NCBI GenBank assembly: GCA_001777515.1
Contig: MFEF01000002.1
Location: 5,354 to 69,353 of the forward strand
Direction: 5' to 3'
DNA: 64,000 nt
Origin: Candidatus Doudnabacteria bacterium RIFCSPHIGHO2_01_48_18
GTDB taxonomy: Bacteria > Patescibacteriota > Doudnabacteria > UBA920 > 2-01-FULL-46-14
The translations under genes and the position numbers were made by a program. Position 1 is the stretch's first letter. The number at the start of each line of letters is the position of its first letter. The notes beneath the pieces are model-generated. The model saw nothing but the letters and a program-made list of their open reading frames with translations, was not told where the DNA came from and ran no database searches. Below, piece by piece: positions 62,483 through 64,000 of the stretch.

Positions 62483-62907
62483 CTACCCTGAAGGAAAACA
62501 TGTCTAAAGCTGTTTGTTTGTTTTTGGCGGAAATGCTTCGCACCAGAAAGGTTAAGCTTGATCGCTGCGCAGACATTGCCGCCGAGATTGTGAATCGTTT
62601 GGAATCTATTGGCAGCGAAAAACAATTTTTGGATGCCGTAAAAGAACTGGAGTTCGAGTTTCAGGAACTAAAGACTTTAAAAAATGACTTGCTTCAGGTT
62701 ACCAGCATGAGTTCGCGCCAGCAAATGGAACAAATTGTCAGAGAATACGCGATTCAAATTTTGCCCCATGATCCGAAACAGTCTATATTGCTGTTAGAAG
62801 AAGCGCTCAAAAGTGAAAGTACGCTTATTAGCCTCTCGAAGCGGTTTCCGGCTTTCGCTAAGTTCGCCGAAGACTACCTTGAAAGTAACAAAAAAATACA
62901 TGCATGA
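62479..62907 (+). CDS. hypothetical small cytoplasmic protein (142 aa)
   Basis: Overlaps the ATPase stop by 4 nt (operonic). No family recognised. Confidence 0.4.
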   Translation: MTTLKENMSKAVCLFLAEMLRTRKVKLDRCADIAAEIVNRLESIGSEKQFLDAVKELEFEFQELKTLKNDLLQVTSMSSRQQMEQIVREYAIQILPHDPKQSILLLEEALKSESTLISLSKRFPAFAKFAEDYLESNKKIHA

Positions 62908-63150
62908 TGAGCAACCAGAGAAATTGGACGATAACATAGAGACCAGTCCGGAAAAGGATGGCACATTACATATGGAATGGGCGAGTCGCCTTGAGCATCC
63001 CGAAAGCGCTTTTTGGCACTCTTTGAGGGATTTGGCCATGCGTTCCGTTCGTTTTTGGAAAAGACATTGACGCCGGCGAGATTTAGAGTTATAATAACAA
63101 TACTGTTTTCTGACAGTCTTTGATACAAAATTTCAAATTAATACAAAACT

Positions 63151-63756
63151 GTGGATAAACTATCAAATTTAGCGCTTTTGGCGCAAATGCTAGAAAGCGC
63201 GGAAAAAAACATTCAATCTGCGAAACAAATCCTAAGGGAAATAATGGGGTCAAAAGCCCCAATTTCTGCTATTGCTGAAAAGGCGAAAACTGTTTCCATT
63301 AGCGGGGGTGGTAAAATCATTGAAGGCGTGTTTGATGGACAAAATATGATGGGCCCTGACGGCAAGAAATACCCGGTCCCGGCAAACTACGCTTCAAAAT
63401 CAAAACTAGTCGAGGGTGATGTGTTAAAGCTGACAATATCAGACGACGGTTCTTTCATTTACAAGCAAATTGGTCCGGTGGAGCGCGAAAAGAAACTCGG
63501 CATCCTGTCACAAACCGAAAACGGAGAATACCGCGTTATCGTGGACGGCAAGAGCCACCGCGTACTACTTGCGTCTTTGACCTATTTCAAGGCTGAGCCA
63601 GGTGACGAGGTCGCGATCGTTGTGCCTCAGGGTCAGGACAGCGAATGGGCGGCTGTAGAAAATGTTATTAAGCATGACGGTACGCCTGGTCCGGGAGCGA
63701 TCGCTGACAGTCCAAAGCCAGACGAAGATATTGACAGAGATTTGGACCTTGAATAG
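63151..63756 (+). CDS. hypothetical protein (201 aa)
   Basis: Clean ORF with a short intergenic gap. Predicted N-terminal helix and a beta-rich middle. Unknown family. Confidence 0.4.
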   Translation: MDKLSNLALLAQMLESAEKNIQSAKQILREIMGSKAPISAIAEKAKTVSISGGGKIIEGVFDGQNMMGPDGKKYPVPANYASKSKLVEGDVLKLTISDDGSFIYKQIGPVEREKKLGILSQTENGEYRVIVDGKSHRVLLASLTYFKAEPGDEVAIVVPQGQDSEWAAVENVIKHDGTPGPGAIADSPKPDEDIDRDLDLE

Positions 63757-63766
63757 ATGAGGTTTG

Positions 63767-64000
63767 CCGCAAAAGATTTTTGGTCGAGCATTATCACCGG
63801 GTTTATCACCGGCGTCATTGCCTGGAAAATCGCGGATTTTTTGGAGGTCCAAAGGGTCGGCGATTTTTCATTTGCTTGGCTTACTGTCCTCGTGCCAGTG
63901 TGCTGGATAATCGGTGTCAATTTTGGATATTTTCTGGGACAGAAGATCGCTTTTTTTAATCAGTTTGGCAAATTTGTCGCAGTTGGTTTTACTAATGCTG
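63767..64000 (+). CDS. GtrA-like membrane protein, 5' part (continues past the window end)
   Basis: Hydrophobic N-terminus, then FGKFVAVGFTNA resembling the GtrA-family K-F-x-x-V-G-x-x-N-T box. Confidence 0.4.

Noticed and set aside
1-64000. Search for tRNA, rRNA, tmRNA, RNase P or SRP RNA genes
   Set aside because: No T-arm (GTTCGAATC-like) signatures next to acceptor-stem pairing, no rRNA-like conserved blocks and no recognisable tmRNA/SRP motifs were found by eye. The absence is provisional, since no covariance search could be run.

Overview
This 64-kb window is a gene-dense (>90% coding) stretch of a small-genome bacterium. Genes are short and tightly packed or overlapping. The gene content is consistent with a Candidate Phyla Radiation / Patescibacteria-like lineage, but this cannot be proven from sequence alone. 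The supporting observations are a truncated AlaRS, archaeal-type cupin phosphoglucose isomerase and UMP kinase, many glycosyltransferases, and no biosynthetic operons other than one PurM-like gene. The window contains, in order: (1) a surface-polysaccharide cluster (Wzx-like flippase C-terminus, three GT2s, an O-antigen-ligase-like membrane protein carrying two 7-bp x4 tandem repeats, an orphan PurM-like gene, CtpA protease); (2) alaS, cupin-type PGI, a conserved ribosomal block infA-rpmJ-rpsM-rpsK-rpsD-rpoA-rplQ-rplM-rpsI; (3) an MNT/HepT toxin-antitoxin pair whose HepT is truncated; (4) a 100-bp nested-palindrome MITE-like element present twice as a perfect inverted pair 10.5 kb apart (16308..16407 and 26931..27030) bracketing asparaginase-like, PolX, LOG, CorA, thioredoxin, DacA-like, MraY and D-aminoacylase genes; (5) a fragmented dcw-type cell-wall cluster (murD-ftsW-DUF4012-like-murJ-greA ... 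lysS-ITPase-serS-hydrolase-murF-ddl-ftsQ-archaeal-type UMP kinase) that lacks ftsA/ftsZ after ftsQ; (6) a glycosylation cluster with two tandem GT39/ArnT-like enzymes, a processive GT2, WecA-like transferase and DUF192; (7) rplU, recR, dnaB; (8) the most unusual locus: a two-gene minus-strand operon encoding a signal-peptide/LysM/TM/cytoplasmic-domain membrane protein immediately upstream of a 557-aa divergent FtsZ/tubulin-superfamily GTPase with recognisable T2, T3, T4 and T7 motifs, far from the dcw cluster; (9) cysS, CDP-alcohol phosphatidyltransferase, a CorA paralog with GMP in place of GMN, a CaCA antiporter; (10) a plus-strand operon of three small acidic proteins, an 835-aa membrane-anchored VirD4/TrwB-like (FtsK-HerA superfamily) ATPase and further small hypothetical proteins, ending in a partial GtrA-like gene. 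No rRNA, tRNA or CRISPR array was recognised. Several genes appear leaderless, with TGnTATAAT 6-10 nt upstream of the ATG.
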